A stretch of DNA of 64,000 nucleotides from an uncultured Alphaproteobacteria bacterium (GTDB lineage: Bacteria > Pseudomonadota > Alphaproteobacteria > UBA3830 > CAYLKK01). The notes beneath the pieces were generated by a model that did no database searches, was not told where the DNA came from, and worked only from the letters and a program-made list of their open reading frames with translations. The stretch covers positions 86,159 through 150,158 of the forward strand of contig CAZMHS010000001.1 in the NCBI GenBank assembly GCA_964566185.1. Direction: 5' to 3'. The first letter of the stretch is position 1, and each line of letters starts with the position of its first letter. Shown one piece after another: positions 17,454 through 26,596 of the stretch. The position numbers and the translations under genes are program-made.

Positions 17454-20054
17454 GTGATTCATGACATGATAGACAAAGTATTTGATTATAAAAGTCTTAG
17501 AGATTTAGAGACCAGAAGAAATAATGAGGCAGGTGATCCTTTCATGGTGTTATTGCCTCCGCCGAATGTAACAGGATCTCTACACATAGGACATGCGTTA
17601 TGTTATACATTGCAGGATGTTTTAGCGAGATATAAAAGATTACGTGGATATAATGTTTTATTTCAACCAGGTTTGGATCATGCTGGAATAGTAACTCAGC
17701 TACTTGTGGAAAGAAAATTGGCAGAAAATGGTGTTTCGAAAAATGACATAGGTCGTGAACGTTTTATAGATGAAGTTTGGAAATGGAAGGAAGAATCTGG
17801 CGGTAAGATTTTAGAGCAAATGAAAGTTCTTGGTATATCGTGTGATTTTGATAAACTTTGTTTTACAATGGATCCTGATATACAAGCTGCCGTTGCTAAA
17901 ATGTTTGTTAAGTTGTACAACGATGGTTTGATTTTTAAAGACAAGAAGCTCGTTAATTGGGATCCACGACTGCAGTCTGCGATATCAGATTTAGAAGTTG
18001 TGGAAAAGGAAGAAAATGGTTTCCTATGGCATATAAAATATTCCATTGAAGATAGCTCTGAAAGTATAATCGTTGCTACATCGAGGCCAGAAACAATTTT
18101 TGGTGATACAGGGCTCGCGGTTAATCCAAATGATGAGAGATATCGGCATTTGGTTGGTAGGTTTGCTATTGTTCCAATAATTAATCGTCGTGTTCCGATT
18201 GTCGCTGACGAATATGCTGACCCTGAAAAAGGTTCTGGAGCAGTAAAAATCACTCCTGCTCATGATTTTAACGATTTTGAAGTTGGTAAGAGACATAATT
18301 TTGAGATAATCAACATAATGTCTACCGATGCAACATTGAACGAAAACGTTCCTCCAGAGTTCGTTGGGTTAGACCGTTTTGAAGCAAGGGGTAGGGTAGT
18401 CGATCTTCTGACGAAAAGTGGAACTATATTGGAGGTGCAAAAAATAAAGCACAAGCTGCCGTATAGCGATAGGTCTGGTGTTATTGTTGAACCATTTATT
18501 ACGGAACAGTGGTTTGTTGATGCTGAAAAAATAGCTACAAAGGCTGTAGATGTAGTCAAAAACGGGGAGACAAAGTTTGTTCCAACACATTGGGAAAATT
18601 TATATTATGAGTGGCTGAAAAATATAAAGCCATGGTGCATTTCAAGACAAATTTGGTGGGGGCATGTAATTCCAGCTTGGTACGGAGAAGACGGGCATAT
18701 GTTCGTATGTGAAAATGAGGCTCTTGCTGTAGAAGCTGCAAAGAAACATTATGGAACTAGCTGCGTTTCATTAACTCGTGATAGCAATGTGTTAGATACG
18801 TGGTTTTCGTCTGGAATGTGGCCATTTTCGACACTAGGTTGGCCTAATGTTACAGAAGATTTTGAAAGGTTTTATTCTAACGCTGTTGTTATAACAGGTT
18901 TTGATATTATATTTTTCTGGGTTGCCAGGATGATGATGTTAGGTCTGTATGCAACAGGAAAAGCACCGTTTAAAGATATTTATATTCACGGGTTGGTACG
19001 TGATGAGAAGGGTCAAAAAATGTCTAAGTCTAAAGGTAATGTCATTGACCCGTTGGAGTTGTGTAATGAATATGGAGCAGATGCTGTGCGATATACTTTG
19101 GCTTATTTGGCTGCTCCTGGACGTGATATAAAAATCAACAAATCTTTGACGGAAAACGGTAGAAATTTCTTGACGAAACTGTGGAATTCTGTACGTTTTG
19201 CTAAAATGGTGGGTTGTGAAATTTTGAGCGATGAGTTTGATATTTCTGTAGTACAAAATAACATAGCACGTTGGCTTGTAGTCGAGGTCAAAAAGGCAAT
19301 CCATGAAATAGAATTTGCTTTAGATAATTACAGATTTGATGATGCCGCTAGGCATATTTATAAGCTCGTTTGGGGAACGTTTTGTGATTGGTTTTTGGAA
19401 CTAGTCAAACCTATAATCAATTCAGACAGTGATCAAAAATGTGAACTGCTTTGTGTTACTTCATGGGCTCTAGAAAAAATTACGAGTTTACTGTATTGCA
19501 TAGCTCCAGCTATATCGTCTACTTTGCATAAAGAGGTTTCGAGCGAGCCAATTAAATGGCCGTGTATTGAGTATCCTAGCAATTTTGAAAAATCGGCTAA
19601 TGATGTCAATACGTTAGTAAATGTCATCTCTGAGCTGAGGTCAATTCGAGCAGCTTTGTCTATCCCAGCTGGGAGCATTATTGACATTTTTTCTAGTGAA
19701 TCTAAGATTATCGTTTTTTCAGACATAATAGAGAAATTAGCAAGAGTAAAATTTGTTGATACAAAGCTTAATGGGCTTCCTATCCTTGTTGATGGGTGTA
19801 TTCTTACTGTTGCTGTCGATGGGGTTGTTGATCTGTCTGAACAAATTAAAAAGATCGAAAAAAATGTCGATAGTCATTTAAAAGAAAAAGAAAATTTGGA
19901 AAAGCGACTTTCTAATTCTGGATTTTTAGCTCGAGCTTCTCATGACGTCGTTGAGGAACATAAGACGCGTTTGACGTGCGTGTCAGATAAGTTGACAAAG
20001 TGTTCTCAATTGTTGTGTGAGCTACAAAAGATAGTAAAAAATAATGCAAGTTGA
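17454..20054 (+). CDS. valS: valine--tRNA ligase
   Basis: PPPNVTGSLHIGHAL (HIGH), KMSKSKGN (KMSKS), WCISRQIWWGH and a C-terminal coiled coil. GTG 17454 or ATG 17466 are possible starts. Confidence 0.95.
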   Translation: MIHDMIDKVFDYKSLRDLETRRNNEAGDPFMVLLPPPNVTGSLHIGHALCYTLQDVLARYKRLRGYNVLFQPGLDHAGIVTQLLVERKLAENGVSKNDIGRERFIDEVWKWKEESGGKILEQMKVLGISCDFDKLCFTMDPDIQAAVAKMFVKLYNDGLIFKDKKLVNWDPRLQSAISDLEVVEKEENGFLWHIKYSIEDSSESIIVATSRPETIFGDTGLAVNPNDERYRHLVGRFAIVPIINRRVPIVADEYADPEKGSGAVKITPAHDFNDFEVGKRHNFEIINIMSTDATLNENVPPEFVGLDRFEARGRVVDLLTKSGTILEVQKIKHKLPYSDRSGVIVEPFITEQWFVDAEKIATKAVDVVKNGETKFVPTHWENLYYEWLKNIKPWCISRQIWWGHVIPAWYGEDGHMFVCENEALAVEAAKKHYGTSCVSLTRDSNVLDTWFSSGMWPFSTLGWPNVTEDFERFYSNAVVITGFDIIFFWVARMMMLGLYATGKAPFKDIYIHGLVRDEKGQKMSKSKGNVIDPLELCNEYGADAVRYTLAYLAAPGRDIKINKSLTENGRNFLTKLWNSVRFAKMVGCEILSDEFDISVVQNNIARWLVVEVKKAIHEIEFALDNYRFDDAARHIYKLVWGTFCDWFLELVKPIINSDSDQKCELLCVTSWALEKITSLLYCIAPAISSTLHKEVSSEPIKWPCIEYPSNFEKSANDVNTLVNVISELRSIRAALSIPAGSIIDIFSSESKIIVFSDIIEKLARVKFVDTKLNGLPILVDGCILTVAVDGVVDLSEQIKKIEKNVDSHLKEKENLEKRLSNSGFLARASHDVVEEHKTRLTCVSDKLTKCSQLLCELQKIVKNNAS

Positions 20055-21348
20055 AAAGAAAAAGGTCGGCATCGTAAAAAGTACTGCGCTTGTTGCCAGT
20101 AATATGATAGGTTCTGGTGCTTTATTGGCACCAATGGTTTTAGCTCCTTACGGATCATGGGCCTTGGTAGGGTGGGTGATTACAACGTTTGGTGCTTTAG
20201 CTTTAGCATTCTGTTTCTCCAGGCTATCTGAGTGGTTTCCTGGCGCTGGCGGCCCATATATGTACGTCCAACGGATATTTGGAAATTTTGCAGGTTTTCA
20301 AGTTTCTTGGTTCTATTGGTTTAGTACGTGGTGTGGAAGCGCGTCTCTTGTAATTGGTGCTTTGCAGTATTTGTCGATTTTTTGGCCTGATATATTAGCG
20401 TCTGATTGCGTATCTATTTCTATTGGTCTAATAATGATATGGGGATTTACTGCTATAAATATGTTCGGCATTAGCGAATCCATGAGCATAAGTTTTATCG
20501 TATTATTGTTTAAAACATTGCCGCTAATTTTATTCGCATTATTTGGTATATTTAAATTTGATATTGATGCTATATATGATAAATTTGACGTCCAATTTGA
20601 TGAGCATTTGGCGTTAATGTCGATGATGCAACCATTGCTATGGGCATTTATCGGGCTTGAGTCTGCGACTGTACCAAGTGAGCATATAGATAATCCGAAG
20701 AAAGTTATACCCATTGCTACGATTAGCGGTGTTTTAATTACTGCTTCTGTGTATATTCTTGGTGCTCTTGTTATTAATGGCGTACTTACAAGTGAGCAGC
20801 TAGCAGTATCAAAGACTCCTTACGTTGATGCTGGATATGTGGTTTTTGGTGATTTCGGTAAATTTTTTATGATGCTAACAGGTATTGTTGGATTGATCGG
20901 ATCACTTAACGGTTGGATATTAATTCACGGACAAGTTTCATATTCAGCTGCTCAGCATGGTTTGTTTCCAAAATTATTTTCTCGAGTTAATAAAAAAAAC
21001 GCGCCAATAGGTGTGCTTATAGGCAGTATTTTTATGTCTATTCTTTTTGTTTGCTCATATTCTGGAGCGTTGAGTAAGCAGATTGGATTATTAATAGATT
21101 TATCTGTATTAGCTATGGTAATTCCGTATTTCTACTGCGTCTCTGCTGTTATTACTGTATGTTATAAAAAGCTAACGAAATGTTGTTGTTTATCAAAAGG
21201 AGATTTCTGTTTGCTAGCTGTCGCGATTCTTGCTCTCGTGTATGCTTTTTTCGCGATATTTAGTGCAGGAAATCAGCTTATGATATTGGCATTCTTCTCT
21301 ATGTTAGTTGCTGCACCATTATATTGTTTTGTGAAAAATGAAAAATAA
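20044..21348 (+). CDS. APC-superfamily amino acid/polyamine antiporter-like permease
   Basis: 434 aa with about 12 TM helices. The N-terminus (STALVASNMIGSGALLAPMVLAPYGSWALVGW) is typical of the basic amino acid/polyamine antiporter group (AdiC/PotE/CadB-like). It overlaps valS by 11 nt. Confidence 0.8.
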   Translation: MQVEKKKVGIVKSTALVASNMIGSGALLAPMVLAPYGSWALVGWVITTFGALALAFCFSRLSEWFPGAGGPYMYVQRIFGNFAGFQVSWFYWFSTWCGSASLVIGALQYLSIFWPDILASDCVSISIGLIMIWGFTAINMFGISESMSISFIVLLFKTLPLILFALFGIFKFDIDAIYDKFDVQFDEHLALMSMMQPLLWAFIGLESATVPSEHIDNPKKVIPIATISGVLITASVYILGALVINGVLTSEQLAVSKTPYVDAGYVVFGDFGKFFMMLTGIVGLIGSLNGWILIHGQVSYSAAQHGLFPKLFSRVNKKNAPIGVLIGSIFMSILFVCSYSGALSKQIGLLIDLSVLAMVIPYFYCVSAVITVCYKKLTKCCCLSKGDFCLLAVAILALVYAFFAIFSAGNQLMILAFFSMLVAAPLYCFVKNEK

Positions 21349-22198
21349 CGAGATTAATGTATTCTATGCTGCGAATGAGAGATACGCAATTCCTACATGT
21401 GTATCTATCGCATCTATTTTAAAAAATAGTAATGAGAGTGATAAAATACACATTTTTGTATATGACTTTGGTTTATCTGAAAGTAGCAAATGTGCAATCG
21501 AGCATCTGAAAGAACAAGTCCGAGATTTTAAGTTAAATTTTATGCAATTCGATGAAGATATCCTGTGTGCTTTTGATGTCGGACCGAAATGGCACCATAG
21601 TATTAGGTTGAAATTATTTATCGATAAGCTGTTTCCTGATTTAGAGCGTGTTATTTGGATGAATGGAAACACTTTAATAAGAGGGAATATTCGTGATTTT
21701 TATGATATCGATCTTCAAGATAAGTATTTTGGTTTAGTTTCATGGGCTTTGAATGATTCAAAACAGAATGAAACGATATGTGATTGTATGTTGGTTTGTA
21801 ATATTCCAATAGCTATTCGAGATAATATCTTTCAACGTTTGATACATGATGTTAAGATTTTGGAGCATAAGGAAAAGGCTTATGCTGGAGAAATTGCATT
21901 GCGTAATATTTCTGCTGATAAGAAATTTATTTTTCCTGTAGATTTCTTCGCTTCAGTGGATATTTCTAAAAGAGAAAAGCGTTATATTTCTCCAACTGCA
22001 AGCGTTATAAAGTTTTCTGAGAGAAATAATTTCGCTCCATGGTTGGTTAATAAAAGTGATTATCCTAAAGTTGCTATTGATTCATATGATGAATGGCATG
22101 CGTATTGTGCTTTAACAGATTATGGATCTCTCAAAACTACGCTTTGTAATCAGCCATTATCGTTTTTTGAAAAGTTAAGACACAAAATCTTTAGATAG
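21338..22198 (+). CDS. glycosyltransferase family 8-like protein with degenerate DxD motif
   Basis: GT8-like N-terminus (INVFYAANERYAIPTCVSIASILKNS...IHIFVYDFGLS; IRLKLFIDKLFPDLERVIW), but NGN (WMNGNTLI) sits where GT8 has YLDxD. It overlaps the permease by 11 nt. Confidence 0.6.
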   Translation: MKNNEINVFYAANERYAIPTCVSIASILKNSNESDKIHIFVYDFGLSESSKCAIEHLKEQVRDFKLNFMQFDEDILCAFDVGPKWHHSIRLKLFIDKLFPDLERVIWMNGNTLIRGNIRDFYDIDLQDKYFGLVSWALNDSKQNETICDCMLVCNIPIAIRDNIFQRLIHDVKILEHKEKAYAGEIALRNISADKKFIFPVDFFASVDISKREKRYISPTASVIKFSERNNFAPWLVNKSDYPKVAIDSYDEWHAYCALTDYGSLKTTLCNQPLSFFEKLRHKIFR

Positions 22199-22401
22199 CA
22201 TGAATTTATTCTTTTTGTGTACCTTATTGCATGCTTTGTTTAACATAATATATATTATTTGCTCATTCAGATTAATAAGTAATATCAAATTCTTTTCTTC
22301 AATTGCACGCATTAGTATTGTATTGTGAGCTCATATATAAATAAACTTGATTTATATTTAACTAAAAGTTAATCTAACGTAGTGTAATGCTTGGAGTTTG
22401 T

Positions 22402-23673
22402 ATGTGTATAAAAAAATTTTTTCTGGTAACATCATTAGCTGCTTTTAATTTTGATAATTACGCTAATCTGTTAGATGTTGGTGATCAGTACGTTGAAATT
22501 AACGGAAGAGACATAATAAATAATGATATAAATGATAATCCGTATAGGTTGCTTTCGTTTTATTCTGGGTATATGAGCTCGCAATACAATACTTATGATT
22601 TAGCAACTTTTGGACTAGAACTTTTAAATGCTGAATCATATTTACTCGAAAAGCTTGATGATAGTGAACCTTGGAAAAGAAATTTGGCGCTTTTCTTTTC
22701 GTCGTACGTGTATTACATGTATCAATTAGCATATCATGAAATTGGGCATGGTTTACGCGTAAGAGCTCATGGAAAAGATTTTCAGCTAAATACAGAAACG
22801 GATCGACGTGCTTTTTCTAAGGATGAGAATTTTTGGAAATATATTGTTAGGTGTATTTTTCAGTGTAGTCCTAGCGGTTCTACTGTGCATTACGCAGCTA
22901 CAGGAAGTGATAAAGATAAAGCTCGTGAAAATCTGATTATAGCAGCAGGTGGAATGAATCATGAGACATATCTTGCTGAAAGAATTTCTGATGCAATTTG
23001 GCATCAGAAGCTTTATGGTAAACTGCCAATTGCTGCATATCTGTGGGCTAGAGCGAGTACCCTACTCTACACTTTAAGTTCTTCTACTAGTCCTGGGCAT
23101 GATGTAAATAATATGGCAACAGCTGCTAATAATCTCAAGCTTAATGTTTCTAAAGGGGATTTTCAAACAGCGTATACTATTGCGTTAATTGGAGGTACGT
23201 CGTACTCAATGTTAAAAAGCTTAACAAGTCGCAATCCAGATATTGAAACTGTTACGTTTAATGATTTTAGGATTCCTGATATATTTCCATATGTAACGTC
23301 AAATGGTATAAGCTATAAATTCGTCAGCGGATATAGAATTTCAGATGTAGCTACAATAAATTTCGGGTATGAACGTGTTATGCACGGTAATAAAAAAAGT
23401 GAATTTACTGTTGGTGCAAGATATGATACGCATTTGGTGGAATTCGAGGGAAATGTTTCTTTCGGCGCTGGCTGTTTGAGTGGCGATATTTTAGCAAGTA
23501 CGAATGTTGCTGAAAAATTGAAACTAAATGTGCGTTTTTCATCATATGCTCAGAAAAGCTTGATTGGAGAACGACATGCTAGGGATTACTATGATGGCAC
23601 AGGGACGACAAAAAAGTTAAAGTCGCGTACGAATATGGTGTCTGTTGGACTCTCATATGTATACGGACGTTGA
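22402..23673 (+). CDS. hypothetical exported protein with HExxH motif and beta-strand-rich C-terminal half
   Basis: GGAG + ATG at 22402 (ORF-track start is 22387). N-terminal hydrophobic segment (MCIKKFFLVTSLAAF). LAYHEIGHGL is a zincin-type HExxH. The C-terminal ~150 aa have an alternating hydrophobic pattern (YKFVSGYRISDVATINFGYE...MVSVGLSYVYGR). The end overlaps vgrG. Confidence 0.65.
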   Translation: MCIKKFFLVTSLAAFNFDNYANLLDVGDQYVEINGRDIINNDINDNPYRLLSFYSGYMSSQYNTYDLATFGLELLNAESYLLEKLDDSEPWKRNLALFFSSYVYYMYQLAYHEIGHGLRVRAHGKDFQLNTETDRRAFSKDENFWKYIVRCIFQCSPSGSTVHYAATGSDKDKARENLIIAAGGMNHETYLAERISDAIWHQKLYGKLPIAAYLWARASTLLYTLSSSTSPGHDVNNMATAANNLKLNVSKGDFQTAYTIALIGGTSYSMLKSLTSRNPDIETVTFNDFRIPDIFPYVTSNGISYKFVSGYRISDVATINFGYERVMHGNKKSEFTVGARYDTHLVEFEGNVSFGAGCLSGDILASTNVAEKLKLNVRFSSYAQKSLIGERHARDYYDGTGTTKKLKSRTNMVSVGLSYVYGR

Positions 23674-25873
23674 TGCACGTCAAGAAGGCGAATATGATTT
23701 TGGTGATACATTTTTTGCATTTCCAAAAAATTTTGCTGTTTTGCAAGCAAATACGTTATGCAAATTAAAATCACAGATTAAAGATGAATTGATTGTATAT
23801 TCTCTACATGGAGTAGAAGAAATTTCGTCATTATATGAGTTTCAAGTCAATATACTAACCGCTAATAGTAATATTGATGGAGATTCTCTAATAGGCTCTA
23901 ATATAACATTAGAGATAAACTTGGAGAAAGTTCGTTTTATCAATGGAATAGTGTCAAGATTTACGCAGGGCATGACATCTATTGTAGATAATTATTCTTT
24001 AACACATTATGTGTTAGAAATTAAGCCGAAATTATGGTTCTTAAGTTTGGGGCAAAATAGTAAAATTTTTCAAAATAAGTCAGCGATTGATATTGTTAGT
24101 AGTATATTAAAAGATGCTGGACTTGATGTGACAGATAAAACATCTTCTTGTGGAAAAGAGAAACAAGAGTATTGTGTGCAGTATAATGAAAGTGACTTTC
24201 ATTTTGTATCTAGATTGATGGAAGAGTCTGGCATTTGTTATTTTTTTAAACATGAATCAGGTAAGCATACAGTTGTATTGTGTGATTCAGCAAACGGTTA
24301 TTTGGATGAAAAAATTGACGCGCAATTTTCACCTATGAAACAAGATAATACGTTGTTTAATGTAGTGAATAACGTCAAGTTAACGAGTTCTTATTGCCAA
24401 GGACCGTACGCATCAACAGATTATAATTATACGGCTTCACAAACTGATTTGTCTGCAAAATTAAAAGGTAAACAGTCTAAACATGAGATCTTTGAATATC
24501 CTGGGTATTATCAAAAATTAAATGCAGGCAATAATATAGCTAAAGTAAGAATTCAGGAACTTGAATGCAAAACGAAGCTTCTAAACGGATCATCGAAGAT
24601 CGCATGTTTATCTTCTGGTGGAAAATTTACTTTGAGTGGGCATCCTACAAAATCTGTAAACGCTACGTATGTTGTGTGTAGTGTTATACATAGATTGAAC
24701 TTAGAATCTGAATGGATATATTTGAACGAATTTGTTGCAATGGACGCAAAAGTAGATTTTAGACCGCGAAGAGTTACGCAAAGGCCATTGATTACGGGGA
24801 CACAGTCAGCTATCGTAACTGGTCCAAATGGCGAAGAAATCTATACAGATAAATTGCGTAGAATAAAGGTGCAATTTTTCTGGGATCGAGAAGGTAAGAA
24901 AGATGAAAATAGTTCATGTTGGGTGCGTGTTGCTCAACTTTGGAGCGGGAAGACATATGGCGTATTATATACGCCTAGAGTCGGGCAAGAAGTAGTCGTT
25001 TCGTTTGAAAATGGCAATCCAGATCGTCCACTTGTCGTTGGTTGCGTTTATAACGACAAGTTAATGCCCCCCTACTCTGCTTCTGACGCTACAAAAAGTA
25101 CTATAAAAAGTTCTTCATCAAAAGGTGAAGATGGATTTAATGAAATAAGGTTTGAGGATCTTAAGGACTCTGAAGAGATATATGTACATGCACAAAAGGA
25201 CATGAATTTAGATATTGTAAATGCTAGGAGTACTTTGATTGAAAATGCAGACGATACATTAACAATATCAAAAGGGTCTAGAACTGAATTACTTAATGCT
25301 GAAGGTGATAATCCTGCTAATTACACAACTACGCTTGTGAAGGGTGATAAAAATTTAACGATAAAAGAGGGTAATAGTTCTACTATTTTGAATAAGGGAG
25401 AGATGTCGATAACATTAGATGATGGAAATCAAACTATTAAACTGACGAAAGGAAATCTGTCGTTGACGGTATCAGATGGAAATGTCGATATATCCACAAA
25501 AGGAAACTATTCTCTTTCTGTAGATGGCAATTTGAGCATTTCTTCTACTGGAACGATAAAGATTGATGCTCAAAAAGATATTACAATAACATCTAAAGGA
25601 AATATATCAGAGACGGCGACGAAAAATCTTAATATGACGTCAAAAATGAATACTAAAATAGATTCATCAATGGACGTTAATATTGCTGCGAAGATGAATT
25701 TGGCATTTGAAGGCAAAGTAAATGCTGATTTAAAAGCAGGTGTAGCAATGAATATTAAGGGAGTAAGTATAAGTATTAATGGTAGTGCTGCAACGGCAAT
25801 AAAGGGTGGCGCTTCATGCCAGATTTCATCTCCTATGACAAGTATTGGTGGAGGTATGGTTGCTCTTGGATGA
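23657..25873 (+). CDS. vgrG: type VI secretion spike protein VgrG (gp27/gp5-like)
   Basis: LHGVEEISSLYEFQVNIL is the VgrG N-terminal signature. NESDFHFVSRLMEESGICYFF is gp27-like. RVGQEVVVSFENGNPDRPLVVGCVYN is the gp5 OB-fold signature. A C-terminal beta-helix repeat region follows (TIKEGNSSTILNKGEMSITLDDGNQTIKLTKGNLSLTVSDGNVDIS...). Start is ATG 23657 or TTG 23645. Confidence 0.9.
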   Translation: MYTDVDARQEGEYDFGDTFFAFPKNFAVLQANTLCKLKSQIKDELIVYSLHGVEEISSLYEFQVNILTANSNIDGDSLIGSNITLEINLEKVRFINGIVSRFTQGMTSIVDNYSLTHYVLEIKPKLWFLSLGQNSKIFQNKSAIDIVSSILKDAGLDVTDKTSSCGKEKQEYCVQYNESDFHFVSRLMEESGICYFFKHESGKHTVVLCDSANGYLDEKIDAQFSPMKQDNTLFNVVNNVKLTSSYCQGPYASTDYNYTASQTDLSAKLKGKQSKHEIFEYPGYYQKLNAGNNIAKVRIQELECKTKLLNGSSKIACLSSGGKFTLSGHPTKSVNATYVVCSVIHRLNLESEWIYLNEFVAMDAKVDFRPRRVTQRPLITGTQSAIVTGPNGEEIYTDKLRRIKVQFFWDREGKKDENSSCWVRVAQLWSGKTYGVLYTPRVGQEVVVSFENGNPDRPLVVGCVYNDKLMPPYSASDATKSTIKSSSSKGEDGFNEIRFEDLKDSEEIYVHAQKDMNLDIVNARSTLIENADDTLTISKGSRTELLNAEGDNPANYTTTLVKGDKNLTIKEGNSSTILNKGEMSITLDDGNQTIKLTKGNLSLTVSDGNVDISTKGNYSLSVDGNLSISSTGTIKIDAQKDITITSKGNISETATKNLNMTSKMNTKIDSSMDVNIAAKMNLAFEGKVNADLKAGVAMNIKGVSISINGSAATAIKGGASCQISSPMTSIGGGMVALG

Positions 25874-26432
25874 CGAATTAGATATTTTAAATTGCTCTAC
25901 AACGAAAGTAGATAAGTATGACAGGAGTTATAATCATGATACAAGTAGTAGTCAGGAGCATCAATCTGACGCGAATGTTTTCGAAGAGATAAAAAATGAA
26001 TTATCACCTGAAGTTGAAGAAGTCAAATCTGTACGCGATATAGAACTCGATCTTGGCGATGGAACGTTTCTATATGCGTCTGTTGTTGATGGTGAATTAA
26101 CAGGCAAGTGTACATTGATCAAGAATGGTCAAAATATTGCTATATTACAGTATGAACAAGGACAAATTCATGGAGTGTGTACTTTCTATCAAAAAAGTGG
26201 TGTTGTTAGCGCTGAGGTGGAATATAAATATGGGAAAAAAGATGGATCTGCTAATTACTTTAATGAAAATGGAAAATTACTTAAAACAGAGAGCTATGTA
26301 AATGATAAAAAACATGGGATATTTCAAAGCTATTACGAATCGTCAGAACTTTATGAAAAAACGGAATATGACAATGATCAAGTGATTTCATGTGTTAGGT
26401 ATAACAAGGACGGTTCATTAATATCTGATTGA
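25845..26432 (+). CDS. MORN-variant (YwqK-like) repeat protein with acidic N-terminal region
   Basis: About five 23-24-aa repeats of G-x..Y..NG...G type (GKCTLIKNGQNIAILQYEQGQIHG / VCTFYQKSGVVSAEVEYKYGKKDG / SANYFNENGKLLKTESYVNDKKHG / IFQSYYESSELYEKTEYDND). Only TTG/GTG starts are available (25845, 25860, 25866), overlapping or abutting the vgrG stop. Confidence 0.6.
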   Translation: MVEVWLLLDDELDILNCSTTKVDKYDRSYNHDTSSSQEHQSDANVFEEIKNELSPEVEEVKSVRDIELDLGDGTFLYASVVDGELTGKCTLIKNGQNIAILQYEQGQIHGVCTFYQKSGVVSAEVEYKYGKKDGSANYFNENGKLLKTESYVNDKKHGIFQSYYESSELYEKTEYDNDQVISCVRYNKDGSLISD

Positions 26433-26461
26433 GAGTTTATGTTTTTAGCAATAAAAAATAG

Positions 26462-26490
26462 TTGACTTTTATTAATGTACATAATATAAT
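26462..26490 (+). promoter_or_regulatory. near-consensus sigma70-type promoter for tRNA-Gly (and probably rpoZ)
   Basis: TTGACT (26462-26467), 17 nt of spacer, TATAAT (26485-26490). The tRNA starts 12 nt downstream. Confidence 0.6.
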
Positions 26491-26501
26491 GCAGACACAT
26501 T

Positions 26502-26576
26502 GCGGGTATAGCTCAGTGGTAGAGCACAACCTTGCCAAGGTTGGGGTCGAGGGTTCAAGTCCCTTTGCCCGCTCCA
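26502..26576 (+). tRNA. tRNA-Gly (anticodon GCC), CCA encoded
   Basis: GCGGGTATAGCTCAGTGGTAGAGCACAACCTTGCCAAGGTTGGGGTCGAGGGTTCAAGTCCCTTTGCCCGCTCCA folds as a canonical cloverleaf with anticodon loop TTGCCAA. Confidence 0.95.
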
Positions 26577-26596
26577 TGGTTTTTATCGGAAAAAAG

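Noticed and set aside
17696-18253. 185-aa ORF antisense to valS, plus several neighbouring 60-120-aa antisense ORFs (18024-19726)
   Set aside because: All lie within the valS coding region on the opposite strand. No motifs are present and the composition mirrors valS codons.
25200-25870. Apparent tandem repetition at the vgrG 3' end
   Set aside because: The periodicity is at the protein level (beta-helix repeats of the gp5-like spike) with degenerate DNA, so it is not a DNA tandem repeat or a CRISPR-like array.
22199-26501. The vgrG module as a tRNA-associated genomic island
   Set aside because: It lies on the 5' side of tRNA-Gly, not the 3' side. No integrase or direct repeat of the tRNA 3' end was seen, and composition looks like the flanks.
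26462-26596. N-terminal extension of the rpoZ ORF (ORF-track start 26462)
   Set aside because: The extension is made of the TTGACT/TATAAT promoter and the entire tRNA-Gly gene. The canonical RpoZ N-terminus starts at ATG 26597.
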